Shown here one piece after another: positions 19,870 to 29,166 of a DNA stretch of 61,422 bases (its first letter is position 1; each line of letters starts with the position of its first letter). The notes below the pieces were generated by a model. The model saw only the letters and a program-made list of their open reading frames with translations, had not been told where the DNA came from and searched no databases. A program made the position numbers and the translations under genes. This DNA is from Phycisphaerae bacterium (GTDB taxonomy: Bacteria; Planctomycetota; Phycisphaerae; SM23-33), in assembly GCA_016929245.1 (NCBI GenBank), contig JAFGJE010000042.1, positions 1-61,422 on the forward strand, in the 5' to 3' direction.

Positions 19870-21882
19870 ATGCCGATTATCCCCACCGTCGGACGAAAAT
19901 CCCCTACCATTCGCGCGCTGATCTTCCTGCTGTTCCTGGTCCTGACCCTCGGGGCGGTGACCATGGTCTATCCGTTCGCGCTGATGCTCTCGACCGCCAC
20001 CACCGGAAACGCCGACTGGCAGGAATTTAACCTGATCCCGCGCTATTGGCACGACGACCAGGAACTGTTCCGTAAGTACATCTACGACAAAGCGGACCTT
20101 TCGACCCTCGCGTTCGAGTACGGCCGGGAGAACTGGTACGCCGTGCAGGACATTCGCCCGGAAGACTTCGACGAACTGACGCGAGTTCCGAAGGACGCGC
20201 TCGCGAGAATCGACGAAGACTGGCGGGAATTCCTCGCCGCGGCGCCGGACGACGTGAAACAACTGCACTTCCTGGCGCACGGGGATTCCGACTACACGAC
20301 TCTGGGATTGCAGCCGGCGTATTTTGAATGGCTTCGGGGAAAATACCAGGACGATATCAACAAGGTTAACCGCCTGTATGACGACACCGCCGAGGAATGG
20401 AAGGAATTCGGACTGCCGCGCGGTTCCGGGGGCGGGCTGGAACTGGAACCCCAAAACCCCCGGCACCGGGACTGGCGCGAGTTCGTTCTCTCCCGGCCGC
20501 ACTCTCGTCAACGCGTCATCTCGCTGGATCAAATCACGCTGGGTGAATTGCGGAACCTGTTCGGCACCGTCGAGGGACTGAACAGGCAAAAGGGAACGTC
20601 CTACGGGAGTCTTCTGGACGTGACGTGGGGGGAACTGTCCAAAACCGACTGGGGCCGGGATATTCAGGACAAACTCCTCCGCACGGATTGGCCGATCGAA
20701 CAGCTTCGCCTGACGGACGCCGCGAAAGAACCGTTTGAAACCTTCGCCGCGGAATGGAAAACGCCCTTTCACGGCGCCCCGCCGACCGAAACCATAACAC
20801 GCGGCGTCTGGGTGCAGTTCCTGCGCTCCGGGGATTGCAAGCTGGAATACCTTGAACCCCTCGATCCGCTGACGATGTGGCGGGCGTTTCTGGAGAAGAA
20901 ATACGGCACGCCGGAACGGCTGAATGAAGCCCACGACATGCACTACGACTCGTTCGTCGATGTCCCCCTGCCGAATCGATACGTGGATTATCACACGTTC
21001 CTGCAGCAGAAACGTTCCCTGCGATGGAAATATCTCCTGGGCAACTTCGGCATGGTGCTGGACTTCATCGTTCTGCACGGCGATTCGCTGATCAACACGC
21101 TGATCCTGATCGTTTGCACGGTCGCGACGGCGCTGACGTTCAATCCGATGGCGGCCTACGTGCTGAGCCGCTTCCGCCTGCGCTACGCGCATCACATCCT
21201 GATCTTCCTGCTGGTGACGATGGCGTTTCCCGCGGAAGTGTGCATGATCCCGGGATTTTTGCTGGTCAAGAGTTTCCCCATCGGCGCGATCTGCGTCGGC
21301 GCCGCGGTGCTGCTGTTTTATGTCCTGACGCGCATGTTCATCGTCAAGGTGCGCCTGCCGATGTTCCTGAACATCACGCTGGCCGCCGTCGTGACGGGCC
21401 TGGCGGCCTACTACCTGCCGCCCTTACTCGCCCGCGCGATGGGCAGGGAAGACCTGAACGTCACGCTGATGAACACGTTCTTCGCCCTGGTCTTACCGGG
21501 GATCGCCAACGGATTTTCGATCTTCCTGCTGAAGGGATTTTTCGACTCCCTCCCGCCGGAACTCTACGAAGCCGCGATGCTCGACGGCGCCGGCGAGGTG
21601 CGCATCTTCCTGCGCATCACCATGCCGTTGTGCAAACCCGTGCTGGCGGTCATCGCCCTGGGCGCGTACACCTCCGCGTACGGCACGTTCATGTTCGCGT
21701 TCCTGACCTGCCAGGATCCAAGCATGTGGACGCTGATGGTCTTCCTGTACCAGTTCCAGCAGACGTATTCGATTCCGCTGGTGATGGCGTCGCTGGTGAT
21801 CACCGCGATCCCCACGCTGCTGGTGTTTATTTTCTGTCAGGGAATCATCCTGCGCGGTATCGTGATACCGACGTTTAAATAA
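19870..21882 (+). CDS. Carbohydrate ABC permease (MalG-like) with ~350-aa extracytoplasmic insertion
   Basis: GGAGG RBS; N-terminal TM helix; MAAYVLSRF; FFDSLPPELYEAAMLDGAG EAA motif. Confidence 0.88.
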   Translation: MPIIPTVGRKSPTIRALIFLLFLVLTLGAVTMVYPFALMLSTATTGNADWQEFNLIPRYWHDDQELFRKYIYDKADLSTLAFEYGRENWYAVQDIRPEDFDELTRVPKDALARIDEDWREFLAAAPDDVKQLHFLAHGDSDYTTLGLQPAYFEWLRGKYQDDINKVNRLYDDTAEEWKEFGLPRGSGGGLELEPQNPRHRDWREFVLSRPHSRQRVISLDQITLGELRNLFGTVEGLNRQKGTSYGSLLDVTWGELSKTDWGRDIQDKLLRTDWPIEQLRLTDAAKEPFETFAAEWKTPFHGAPPTETITRGVWVQFLRSGDCKLEYLEPLDPLTMWRAFLEKKYGTPERLNEAHDMHYDSFVDVPLPNRYVDYHTFLQQKRSLRWKYLLGNFGMVLDFIVLHGDSLINTLILIVCTVATALTFNPMAAYVLSRFRLRYAHHILIFLLVTMAFPAEVCMIPGFLLVKSFPIGAICVGAAVLLFYVLTRMFIVKVRLPMFLNITLAAVVTGLAAYYLPPLLARAMGREDLNVTLMNTFFALVLPGIANGFSIFLLKGFFDSLPPELYEAAMLDGAGEVRIFLRITMPLCKPVLAVIALGAYTSAYGTFMFAFLTCQDPSMWTLMVFLYQFQQTYSIPLVMASLVITAIPTLLVFIFCQGIILRGIVIPTFK

Positions 21883-21911
21883 TACTCCGTAACGGGAAAA
21901 AATATGATCGT

Positions 21912-22005
21912 TGTCATCCTGAGCGGAGCGCAGCGAAGTCGAAGGACCTTCCGGGTTTGATGGCGTAAGGTCCTTCGACTTCGCTGCGCTCCGCTCAGGA
22001 TGACA
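21912..22005. repeat. REP-like palindrome, family A, copy 2
   Basis: TGTCATCCTGAGCGGAGCGCAGCGAAGTCGAAGGACCTT...AAGGTCCTTCGACTTCGCTGCGCTCCGCTCAGGATGACA. Confidence 0.92.
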
Positions 22006-22049
22006 GAATCCAACACCATCGTTACAGAATAGTATTTAAGGAACACCCT

Positions 22050-24482
22050 TTGACGCCCGGACGACATTGCATCTGGTCGGCGTCGCCGACGACGGAATGG
22101 AACGAGGGATATCCCATCGGCAACGGCCGACTGGGGGCGATGATCCTGGGCGATCCGCTCGCCGAGCGCGTCGCGCTGAATCACGATCGTCTCTGGCGGC
22201 GATTCTGGAACTATCAGCCGCCGGACACTCTCAAGGATCTGCCCGAACTGCGACGGCTGTACCGCCAGGGGCGCTGGGACGAGGCGCTCGAGCTGCTGCA
22301 CCGGACCATTCCCGTCAGTGGCCGAACGCTGTACGTCAATCCCTTCGTGCCCGTCGGCGATCTGTGTATATTTCCCGCCCACAACGAAACCATCGAAAAC
22401 TACCGACGCCGCCTCGATATGGACACGGGCATCGTAACCGTTTCCTATCGCGTAGACGGCGTCGACTTCCGGCGCGAATATTTCTCCTCCTGGCCGGCGG
22501 GGGTTATGGCGGTTCGACTGTCGGCGTCGCGGGAAGCGAGTCTGTCCGGGGAGGTGAGTCTTTCGCGCCTTCTCGATCCCGATTGCGTCGTGACGGGAAG
22601 CGCCCAGCCGGGTGAAGTCGTCCTGGAAGGTCGATTCGAGGAAGGCGTGCGATTCGCCGCCGTCGTGAAGGTGCATTCGCGCGGCGGCTGCCTGACCGAA
22701 GGCCGACGGGAATACGTCCCCTTGCCCGGCGACATCCCCCCCAAAGATGAAAACGTCATAACGTTCGCTTTCCGAAAGGAGGAAGTGATTCCCGGTAACG
22801 TCGGAGTTTCGACGTGTTACGAATCCGCCGACGAGGTGCTGCTGCTGGTCGCCGTCGCGACGGAGGATGAATCGGCCGATCCCGTTTGCTGGTGCCGGGA
22901 AAAACTCGCCGCCGTACCGACGAATTTTGAAGCGCTTCGCGCGGAGCATGTGGAGGATCATCAGCGGTTTTACCGTCGCGTGTCGCTTTCCCTGACGAAC
23001 GCTTCCAAGAATCCTCCCGCCGAGGAATTGATCCCCCGATGTTCCGCGGAATTATACGAAAAGCAGTTCAACCTGGGGCGTTACCTGGCGATCACGAGCG
23101 GGCGACCCGCGCCGGCCGGCGAACCGGCCGGCGCGCCGATCAATCTGCAAGGCCTATGGAACCAGGACCGCCGTCCCGCGTGGGACTGCGATTATCACCT
23201 CGACCTGAACCTCCAGATGTGCTACTGGCCCTTACCGATGGTGAACCTGCCCGAACTGACGGCGCCGGTGATGGACTGGCTGGATTCTCTCCTGCCGCGG
23301 GCCCGACAACTGGCGAAAGATTTGTTCGGTGCGCGGGGAATCCTGCTCAGCGGTTCCTGCGACCTTCGCGACCTCGGCACGATCGACGATCTCGGATTCG
23401 GCTGGCCGGGGGCGGCCGCCTGGGTGGCGCAGTTTTTGTGGCATCACTGGGAGTACACGCGCGACGAAGCGTTCCTGCGCGACCGGCTGTACCCGCTGCT
23501 CAGGGAAATCGCCTTGTTCCTGAAGGACATGCTCATCGAGGACCGGCAGGGACGATGGGTTTTCCTCCCCGGTATTTCGCCCGAGATGCGAATCAAAACC
23601 CCCAAAGGCATAAGTTCCCAGGCGACGATGTCTTCGATGGATATGGAATTGACGCGCGAAGTGTTTTCGCGTCTGCTGGAAGCCTCCGAGCGTTTCGGTA
23701 TCGACGCCGATCAGCGGGACGGCTGGCGCGAGATTCTCCACCGCGTCCCCCTGCCGACCATCGACGAGAACGGCGTGCTCCAGGAATGGCTGGAACCGCA
23801 CGAACCGGACGATATCGGCCATCGCCATCGCTCGCCGTTCGTGGGCTTCAGTCCGGGCGACCGCGTCACGCGGGAGGAAACGCCCGAATACGCCGCCGCG
23901 ACCCGCAAGCTGCTGGCGGTGCGTCAATCGACCGGCGGGAAAACCAGTTCCGCGTTCGCGATGATTCTCGACGCCCAGATGCACGCGCGATTCTTCGAGG
24001 GCGACGCGGCGCTGGCGTGTCTGGATTTCGTCGCGGAAAACTGGATGATGTGCAACCTGCTGCTCTCGCATATCGACTGGAGGCCGGAACGGAAAACCTT
24101 AAGCTGGTTCCCCGGGCAAAAGATTTTCCAGATCGAAGCCTGTATCGGCGTGGTAGCCGCCGTCTCGGAGATGCTGCTCCAGGACCGCCGCGGGTTGATC
24201 ACTCTCCTGCCGGCGCTGCCCGGCGCCTGGCCCGACGGAACCGTAACGGGTCTGCGCACCCGCGGCGGATTTGAAGTGGACGTCACGTGGAAAAATGGAT
24301 CCTTGCAGGAAGCCCGGATCACGTCGATTCGCGGAGAAACCTGTCGCTTACGGCTAATGGAAAAGGGATTCCCGATTACGATTCATACCGAAGGCCGGAA
24401 TTCCGCCGTCGTGCAAGGCGAAGGGATTTTGGAATTTCCGACCCAGGCGGGAGAAACCTATATCATCCACCCGCGAGGATGA
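22050..24482 (+). CDS. GH95 alpha-L-fucosidase-like hydrolase (no signal peptide)
   Basis: PIGNGRLGAM, NLQGLWN, YHLDLNLQMCYW, SPE, LQEW, HRHRS, FQIE and LLPALP.AW..G.V.GLRTRGG. Confidence 0.88.
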   Translation: MTPGRHCIWSASPTTEWNEGYPIGNGRLGAMILGDPLAERVALNHDRLWRRFWNYQPPDTLKDLPELRRLYRQGRWDEALELLHRTIPVSGRTLYVNPFVPVGDLCIFPAHNETIENYRRRLDMDTGIVTVSYRVDGVDFRREYFSSWPAGVMAVRLSASREASLSGEVSLSRLLDPDCVVTGSAQPGEVVLEGRFEEGVRFAAVVKVHSRGGCLTEGRREYVPLPGDIPPKDENVITFAFRKEEVIPGNVGVSTCYESADEVLLLVAVATEDESADPVCWCREKLAAVPTNFEALRAEHVEDHQRFYRRVSLSLTNASKNPPAEELIPRCSAELYEKQFNLGRYLAITSGRPAPAGEPAGAPINLQGLWNQDRRPAWDCDYHLDLNLQMCYWPLPMVNLPELTAPVMDWLDSLLPRARQLAKDLFGARGILLSGSCDLRDLGTIDDLGFGWPGAAAWVAQFLWHHWEYTRDEAFLRDRLYPLLREIALFLKDMLIEDRQGRWVFLPGISPEMRIKTPKGISSQATMSSMDMELTREVFSRLLEASERFGIDADQRDGWREILHRVPLPTIDENGVLQEWLEPHEPDDIGHRHRSPFVGFSPGDRVTREETPEYAAATRKLLAVRQSTGGKTSSAFAMILDAQMHARFFEGDAALACLDFVAENWMMCNLLLSHIDWRPERKTLSWFPGQKIFQIEACIGVVAAVSEMLLQDRRGLITLLPALPGAWPDGTVTGLRTRGGFEVDVTWKNGSLQEARITSIRGETCRLRLMEKGFPITIHTEGRNSAVVQGEGILEFPTQAGETYIIHPRG

Positions 24483-26451
24483 CTTCAAACGTGAACGGTT
24501 TGAAGTTCCTCAGCGTCACTCGCATTCCCCGCTCGCCCGGCTGGGTTGGGAGGAATTCCCGTCGGTTGTCCATCGAAATTTTTTTGAATGTTTTCGCGTT
24601 GGAGCGGATGCTGATGTCCACCTGCTCGTAGGTGTCGCTGCTCCAGTTCATTAAACCGATGACAAACTCTCCGCTCTTTCGGCGTCGCACCCACGAGGCG
24701 ATCCGGGCCATGGTGTGAATCGTCAGCGGCATGTGGTTGTCGCTGAGCGCATCACAGATCGCCTGGATTTGATAGCGTTTTTCGGATCCCTGGTTGAGCG
24801 TCCAGGGATAATAGCTCATCACCGCGACGCGCCCGCCCAGTTGATTTTTGTGCAGCGTGGTCGAGGCGCCGCGATCCCGGCCTTGATAGTCCTGCAACCG
24901 CGACAAGACCGCGACGGTTTCATCGGCGGGGATCAATTCCCGCGCGGGGATCGTCCAGAACGTGAACGACTGCCGGCAGTCGCGGATCGTTCCCGTCATC
25001 GGGCCGTTGAGGGGATGATCGGTGATCCGCTCGACGGTGTCCTGTTCGTACGTCGCGCCGAGGGATACGCCCGTCAATTCGCCGAGTCCCATTTCGTGAA
25101 GCGTTTCGGCCGCTTCGGCGTCCAGCAACACACCGCCGGCGAGGAGTTGTTCCATGCGTTGTTTTCCCAACGCGCGCGGCATCACGCCGGAAAGAACCGT
25201 CACCATGGCGCCGTTGGGATGAAAACATACGGGAATCCCCAGGTCGCCCGGCGAATACGGCTGATGCATGTCCCGGCTGACGTCGTTGAAAAAATGATCG
25301 ACTTGTCCCGCGCGCCCGGCGGCGATCTGCATTCCGTCCCACGCGGGCCAAACACCGGTCAGTTGACTGTCGCGCAACAACTCCTTGAGATCATTCCAGA
25401 ACGACACGAAGCGTTTCAGATACTCGTGCAACGGTTGGTGTTCTTCCAGGCGGCGTGGATCCTGGCCTAGGGTGTTCCAGGCGCTTCCCGAACAGCCGCT
25501 GAAGAGATACGCCGTCGCCTCCAGCGCGTTGGACCGGGCGGATTTCCGCAACGGCTGATAGGGGAAATTTTCGATTTCGCTCTGAACGACCGTGACGAAT
25601 TCCGGTAGCACCGCCGCCTGCCTGCCGATGTCGCAGGCCTTGCCGTACAGGTCGCGCGGGCGCTCGTCGGTGTAAAATCCCCCGCCAGGCCGCCAGCGAA
25701 CGGGCAGGTTCGTCTCGCCGCGCAGCGCCTCGGCCCATTGCGCGAAACCGTATCCTTCCCAGAACCGGTCGCCCGTCATGAAGCCAAGTTCCGTTTGCGG
25801 ACTGATTTCATGGACGGTTTTTTCGATCCGCGAAAGGAGATTGCGGATCACGTCGGTGTTTCGCTCCATGAACGCCCGGCGTACCGCGGCGCGACGGTTA
25901 ACGTCGGGATCGTCGAAAGCCGCCACCAGACTGGCGTGGCTGAATGTTTCTCCGAACCGGCACGAGAAATCCTCGATGCAAGATTCGCACAGGCAACAGC
26001 CGCGCGTCGGCAAATGTCCGCCGAGGCGCACGTCGTCATCCACCCAGAGAATATCCGCCTTCAAGGCCGCCAGAATTTTGTAGCACCGTCGGACATATTC
26101 CAGCACCTCCGGATCGGCGGGACACGGCGCCCCGCGGCACACCTTCCCGTCCAGTCCCACCTGGCGGCGCAGGTTCGCGTCGGCCATCGCTTCGAGATTC
26201 TCCTCGTGATGCCCCGTCGTCGTGAGATGATTCACGCCCACGCGATATCCCGCCGCCCGGAGTTTCGGCATGACACGGGCGATCTTCTCCGCCACCCGCG
26301 TCAGGTCCTCTTCCCGGCCGGCGCAATGGTACTGGCTGGTGAAGAAGACGATTTCCTCCACCAACCGCGGCGAGGAATCGAGCATCCGCAGAAGCGCATC
26401 GAGATATTCCTCCCGATCCAAAAACGCGTGTCCGACGCGAACGCAGTCCAT
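24463..26451 (-). CDS. Hypothetical glycoside-hydrolase-like protein (TIM barrel plus probable GATase-like domain)
   Basis: TTGHHEE, PCPADP, ILWVDDD.R and SEIENFPY; lies in an operon with GH genes; start set at ATG 26451 to avoid overlap. Confidence 0.6.
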   Translation of the reverse strand: MDCVRVGHAFLDREEYLDALLRMLDSSPRLVEEIVFFTSQYHCAGREEDLTRVAEKIARVMPKLRAAGYRVGVNHLTTTGHHEENLEAMADANLRRQVGLDGKVCRGAPCPADPEVLEYVRRCYKILAALKADILWVDDDVRLGGHLPTRGCCLCESCIEDFSCRFGETFSHASLVAAFDDPDVNRRAAVRRAFMERNTDVIRNLLSRIEKTVHEISPQTELGFMTGDRFWEGYGFAQWAEALRGETNLPVRWRPGGGFYTDERPRDLYGKACDIGRQAAVLPEFVTVVQSEIENFPYQPLRKSARSNALEATAYLFSGCSGSAWNTLGQDPRRLEEHQPLHEYLKRFVSFWNDLKELLRDSQLTGVWPAWDGMQIAAGRAGQVDHFFNDVSRDMHQPYSPGDLGIPVCFHPNGAMVTVLSGVMPRALGKQRMEQLLAGGVLLDAEAAETLHEMGLGELTGVSLGATYEQDTVERITDHPLNGPMTGTIRDCRQSFTFWTIPARELIPADETVAVLSRLQDYQGRDRGASTTLHKNQLGGRVAVMSYYPWTLNQGSEKRYQIQAICDALSDNHMPLTIHTMARIASWVRRRKSGEFVIGLMNWSSDTYEQVDISIRSNAKTFKKISMDNRREFLPTQPGERGMRVTLRNFKPFTFEVILAGG

Positions 26452-26471
26452 GATGAATCCTTCCGATACAA

Positions 26472-29105
26472 TCAAAACATCCGAATTTTTCCCAGGCGAA
26501 CGGGCCCGAGTTCTTTGGGTTGCCGATTCGGCGGCGGCGTCAGGTGCACTTCGTCCCATTGTTCCACAAGGTCAACCGACGGACCGATGAGATAACTTTC
26601 ACCGGCTTTCGTATCCATCCGCACACATCCGTCCGCATCCACGTGTATACTTTCCGTTGGCGTTTTGGTCGGCGGTTGATCCTTCTCCACACGCCGAACG
26701 TACAGTTCCTTCGCGTCGGACCAAGGGGACTCCAGCACCAGTTCTTCGCCGAATTCGCTTTCGATCCACACCCATCCGATGTATCCTTCGCGCTGTTCGG
26801 CGCTGATGAGAAATCCACCTCTTGCCTTGAGCGTAAAAGCAGCCTCCACGCTTTCGTGCAGCGCCGGCGCGACTCGGATCACGCCTTCGTGACTCTGAAG
26901 CAGCATTTCGTTGATCCCCGTCGCGACGATAGGCATGGCTTCATTCGAGAAGTGTCGAAAACCCCATGCCGGAAAGTGGAATTTGTCTTCCTCATTCTCC
27001 GCGTTGCGCACCAGGTTGTAACTGTGGTATCGGTCGCGGTCCCTCGTGAAGACGCTGTACGGGCCGTAGTGGCCGAATCCCTGCGGGTAGAATTGCCAGA
27101 GCTTCACGTGGTTCCGGAGCATCGTGAGGGTTTCCTCCTTCAGGCCCAGCCGCGCGCAGACGACGGCGATGGGACACCAACCCATGCACACGTCCTGCTC
27201 GCCTTCGCCGGTCATCGTCGATTCGTCCTTGACCTTCACGTCGTCCCCAAGGGGATGAAACCGCGCGATCGTCGCGATACCGTTATACATCTTACCGCCG
27301 CGATCCTTCAATCCGACCGCGCCGGAAGGGAACACCATCTGGAGTTCCACATCGGGCATGCCGTAATACTCCGGCACGGGCTGACATCCGAGGCGCGTGC
27401 GGAGATTCCGGTTCTTTTCCGGCCAATATCCCGCGATCGGCACGTCACGCGACAGAAGCTCCCTGCCTTCTCCCGTGCCCGGACCATGCACCGCTCCGCC
27501 GTTTTCAATGCGGTATTCCGATTCGTCCAGCTGCACCCAGGTCGGTTCGGTGAGGCGTTGCACGATGTCAAGCAACCGGGCGGCGTCCAGGTCGTCGGCG
27601 CGGAGAATCTCCATCGCCTCGACGACCGCGGGGAACAGCACGCGGATCATCGCCAGGTCGCTGATGACGTCCGGGCAGAGTCCCGATCCTTCCAGCGGCG
27701 AGCCGGGTTCGACGTGGTATTTTCCATCCTCGCCGAGGGAAATGAGGCTCAGGAGAAAACGCGTGACTTCCCGCATGACGGGGTAGGCTTTGGCTCGCAG
27801 GAATGTCTCGTCGCGAGTGAACTGCCAGTGTCGCCAGAAGTCCATCGCGATCTGCGCCGACGGGGTGTGGTTCTCGTTGACCTTCTGGTCCTGCCAGCCG
27901 CGTCGCTCGGACACGTCGGCGTAGAACGCGCCGGGACGTCCCAGCACGCGGGCGTAGTCCATCGCCAGCGGTAATTGCCCGGCGCGGAATTTCAGATACG
28001 GCAGCGCCAGCTCCGCGTGATTCGCCGCGTGCAGCGGCCAGGCGTGCCATTGCATATTCCAGTGGAAATAAAAGGTCCAGGGGACGAAATCATGGTTCCA
28101 TCCCCAGATGCCGTTGCAGAAGTGCGGCGGGTACGCGCCGCGACACGAGGAGCCGGCGAAGTACAGAACCACGTGCCAGAGGTTCGCGAGGTAATCTTCC
28201 GACAGGTGCACCGTCGAACGCGACCAGAACTCGCGCCAATCCTTGGCGTGGTCGGCCGCGATGGCTTTTTCGCCCTTTTTCGTCGCGTCGGAAAGACGGC
28301 GGAGGACTTTCGCCCGCGGATCCGGATGGTTTTCGCTCGTGACAGCCGCGATGTAGATCGTGTAACCGAGCTTCGCTGACGGCGAAACGTTCGCCCGTCC
28401 CGCGCGGCTGTGCAGGCGCTCGACGGCCGATGCGTTGCCGGCGTCGGGCACGAGCTTCATACCAACGACGAGATTCAGCGTGCGGAATTTCTGGTGGATG
28501 ACCACGCAATCATCTTCCATGCTCATTTCCGTACCGTCGATATGCAGCGTCGGATCGCGCCGCACGAGGCTGTACCAGTGTCCGAACTCCCGGCTGCCGA
28601 ATCGGGCGAACTCCGCGGACTGCGCGACCGGTTCCGTCGCTTCGGTTTCCACGCGCAGAACCATCGCCTGGTCTGGGTGACTGGCGTACGCGCGAATCGA
28701 AACGCCGCCGAAAACGCTGTCGGCTTGCAGGTACGCGGTCGCGTCGGCGAGGCTCACGCGGCCCTGGAAATCCTTCAGATAGATCGTCTCCATCAGCGGC
28801 AAACCAAGGTCCACCGTCAGCCGCCCGCAACTGCGCAGTGCGGTCTGAAGGTCTTCTTCCTTCGCGCCCCAGTTGCGGACATGACCGTCCGGGCCGTCGT
28901 CCCAGGCGTCCACCTTATTCACCGACAGGCACAGCCGGTTGTTTTCCACCCACAGCAAGCCGCCCAAGTCGCCGTTGCCGATGGGCAAACCTTCCATCGG
29001 GTCGTTCGGCGGCGAAAGATAAACGATGTCATGCCGCGAAACACGTTGCGGGAAGGGAAGATTCCAGCGACGCTCCTTCAAATTCCATGCACTTTTCATA
29101 GACAA
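26472..29105 (-). CDS. GH95/GH65-like (alpha/alpha)6-barrel glycoside hydrolase
   Basis: GLPIGNGDLG, FHWNMQ, AYPVMRE, SPLE and INEMLLQSHEGVIRV.PA...LKARGGF. Confidence 0.75.
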   Translation of the reverse strand: MSMKSAWNLKERRWNLPFPQRVSRHDIVYLSPPNDPMEGLPIGNGDLGGLLWVENNRLCLSVNKVDAWDDGPDGHVRNWGAKEEDLQTALRSCGRLTVDLGLPLMETIYLKDFQGRVSLADATAYLQADSVFGGVSIRAYASHPDQAMVLRVETEATEPVAQSAEFARFGSREFGHWYSLVRRDPTLHIDGTEMSMEDDCVVIHQKFRTLNLVVGMKLVPDAGNASAVERLHSRAGRANVSPSAKLGYTIYIAAVTSENHPDPRAKVLRRLSDATKKGEKAIAADHAKDWREFWSRSTVHLSEDYLANLWHVVLYFAGSSCRGAYPPHFCNGIWGWNHDFVPWTFYFHWNMQWHAWPLHAANHAELALPYLKFRAGQLPLAMDYARVLGRPGAFYADVSERRGWQDQKVNENHTPSAQIAMDFWRHWQFTRDETFLRAKAYPVMREVTRFLLSLISLGEDGKYHVEPGSPLEGSGLCPDVISDLAMIRVLFPAVVEAMEILRADDLDAARLLDIVQRLTEPTWVQLDESEYRIENGGAVHGPGTGEGRELLSRDVPIAGYWPEKNRNLRTRLGCQPVPEYYGMPDVELQMVFPSGAVGLKDRGGKMYNGIATIARFHPLGDDVKVKDESTMTGEGEQDVCMGWCPIAVVCARLGLKEETLTMLRNHVKLWQFYPQGFGHYGPYSVFTRDRDRYHSYNLVRNAENEEDKFHFPAWGFRHFSNEAMPIVATGINEMLLQSHEGVIRVAPALHESVEAAFTLKARGGFLISAEQREGYIGWVWIESEFGEELVLESPWSDAKELYVRRVEKDQPPTKTPTESIHVDADGCVRMDTKAGESYLIGPSVDLVEQWDEVHLTPPPNRQPKELGPVRLGKIRMF

Positions 29106-29166
29106 AACGTCTCCATCGCATCAGGCTATTTTGAACTCCCCGTAGGGGGATTGTTTGCGTTACTAT

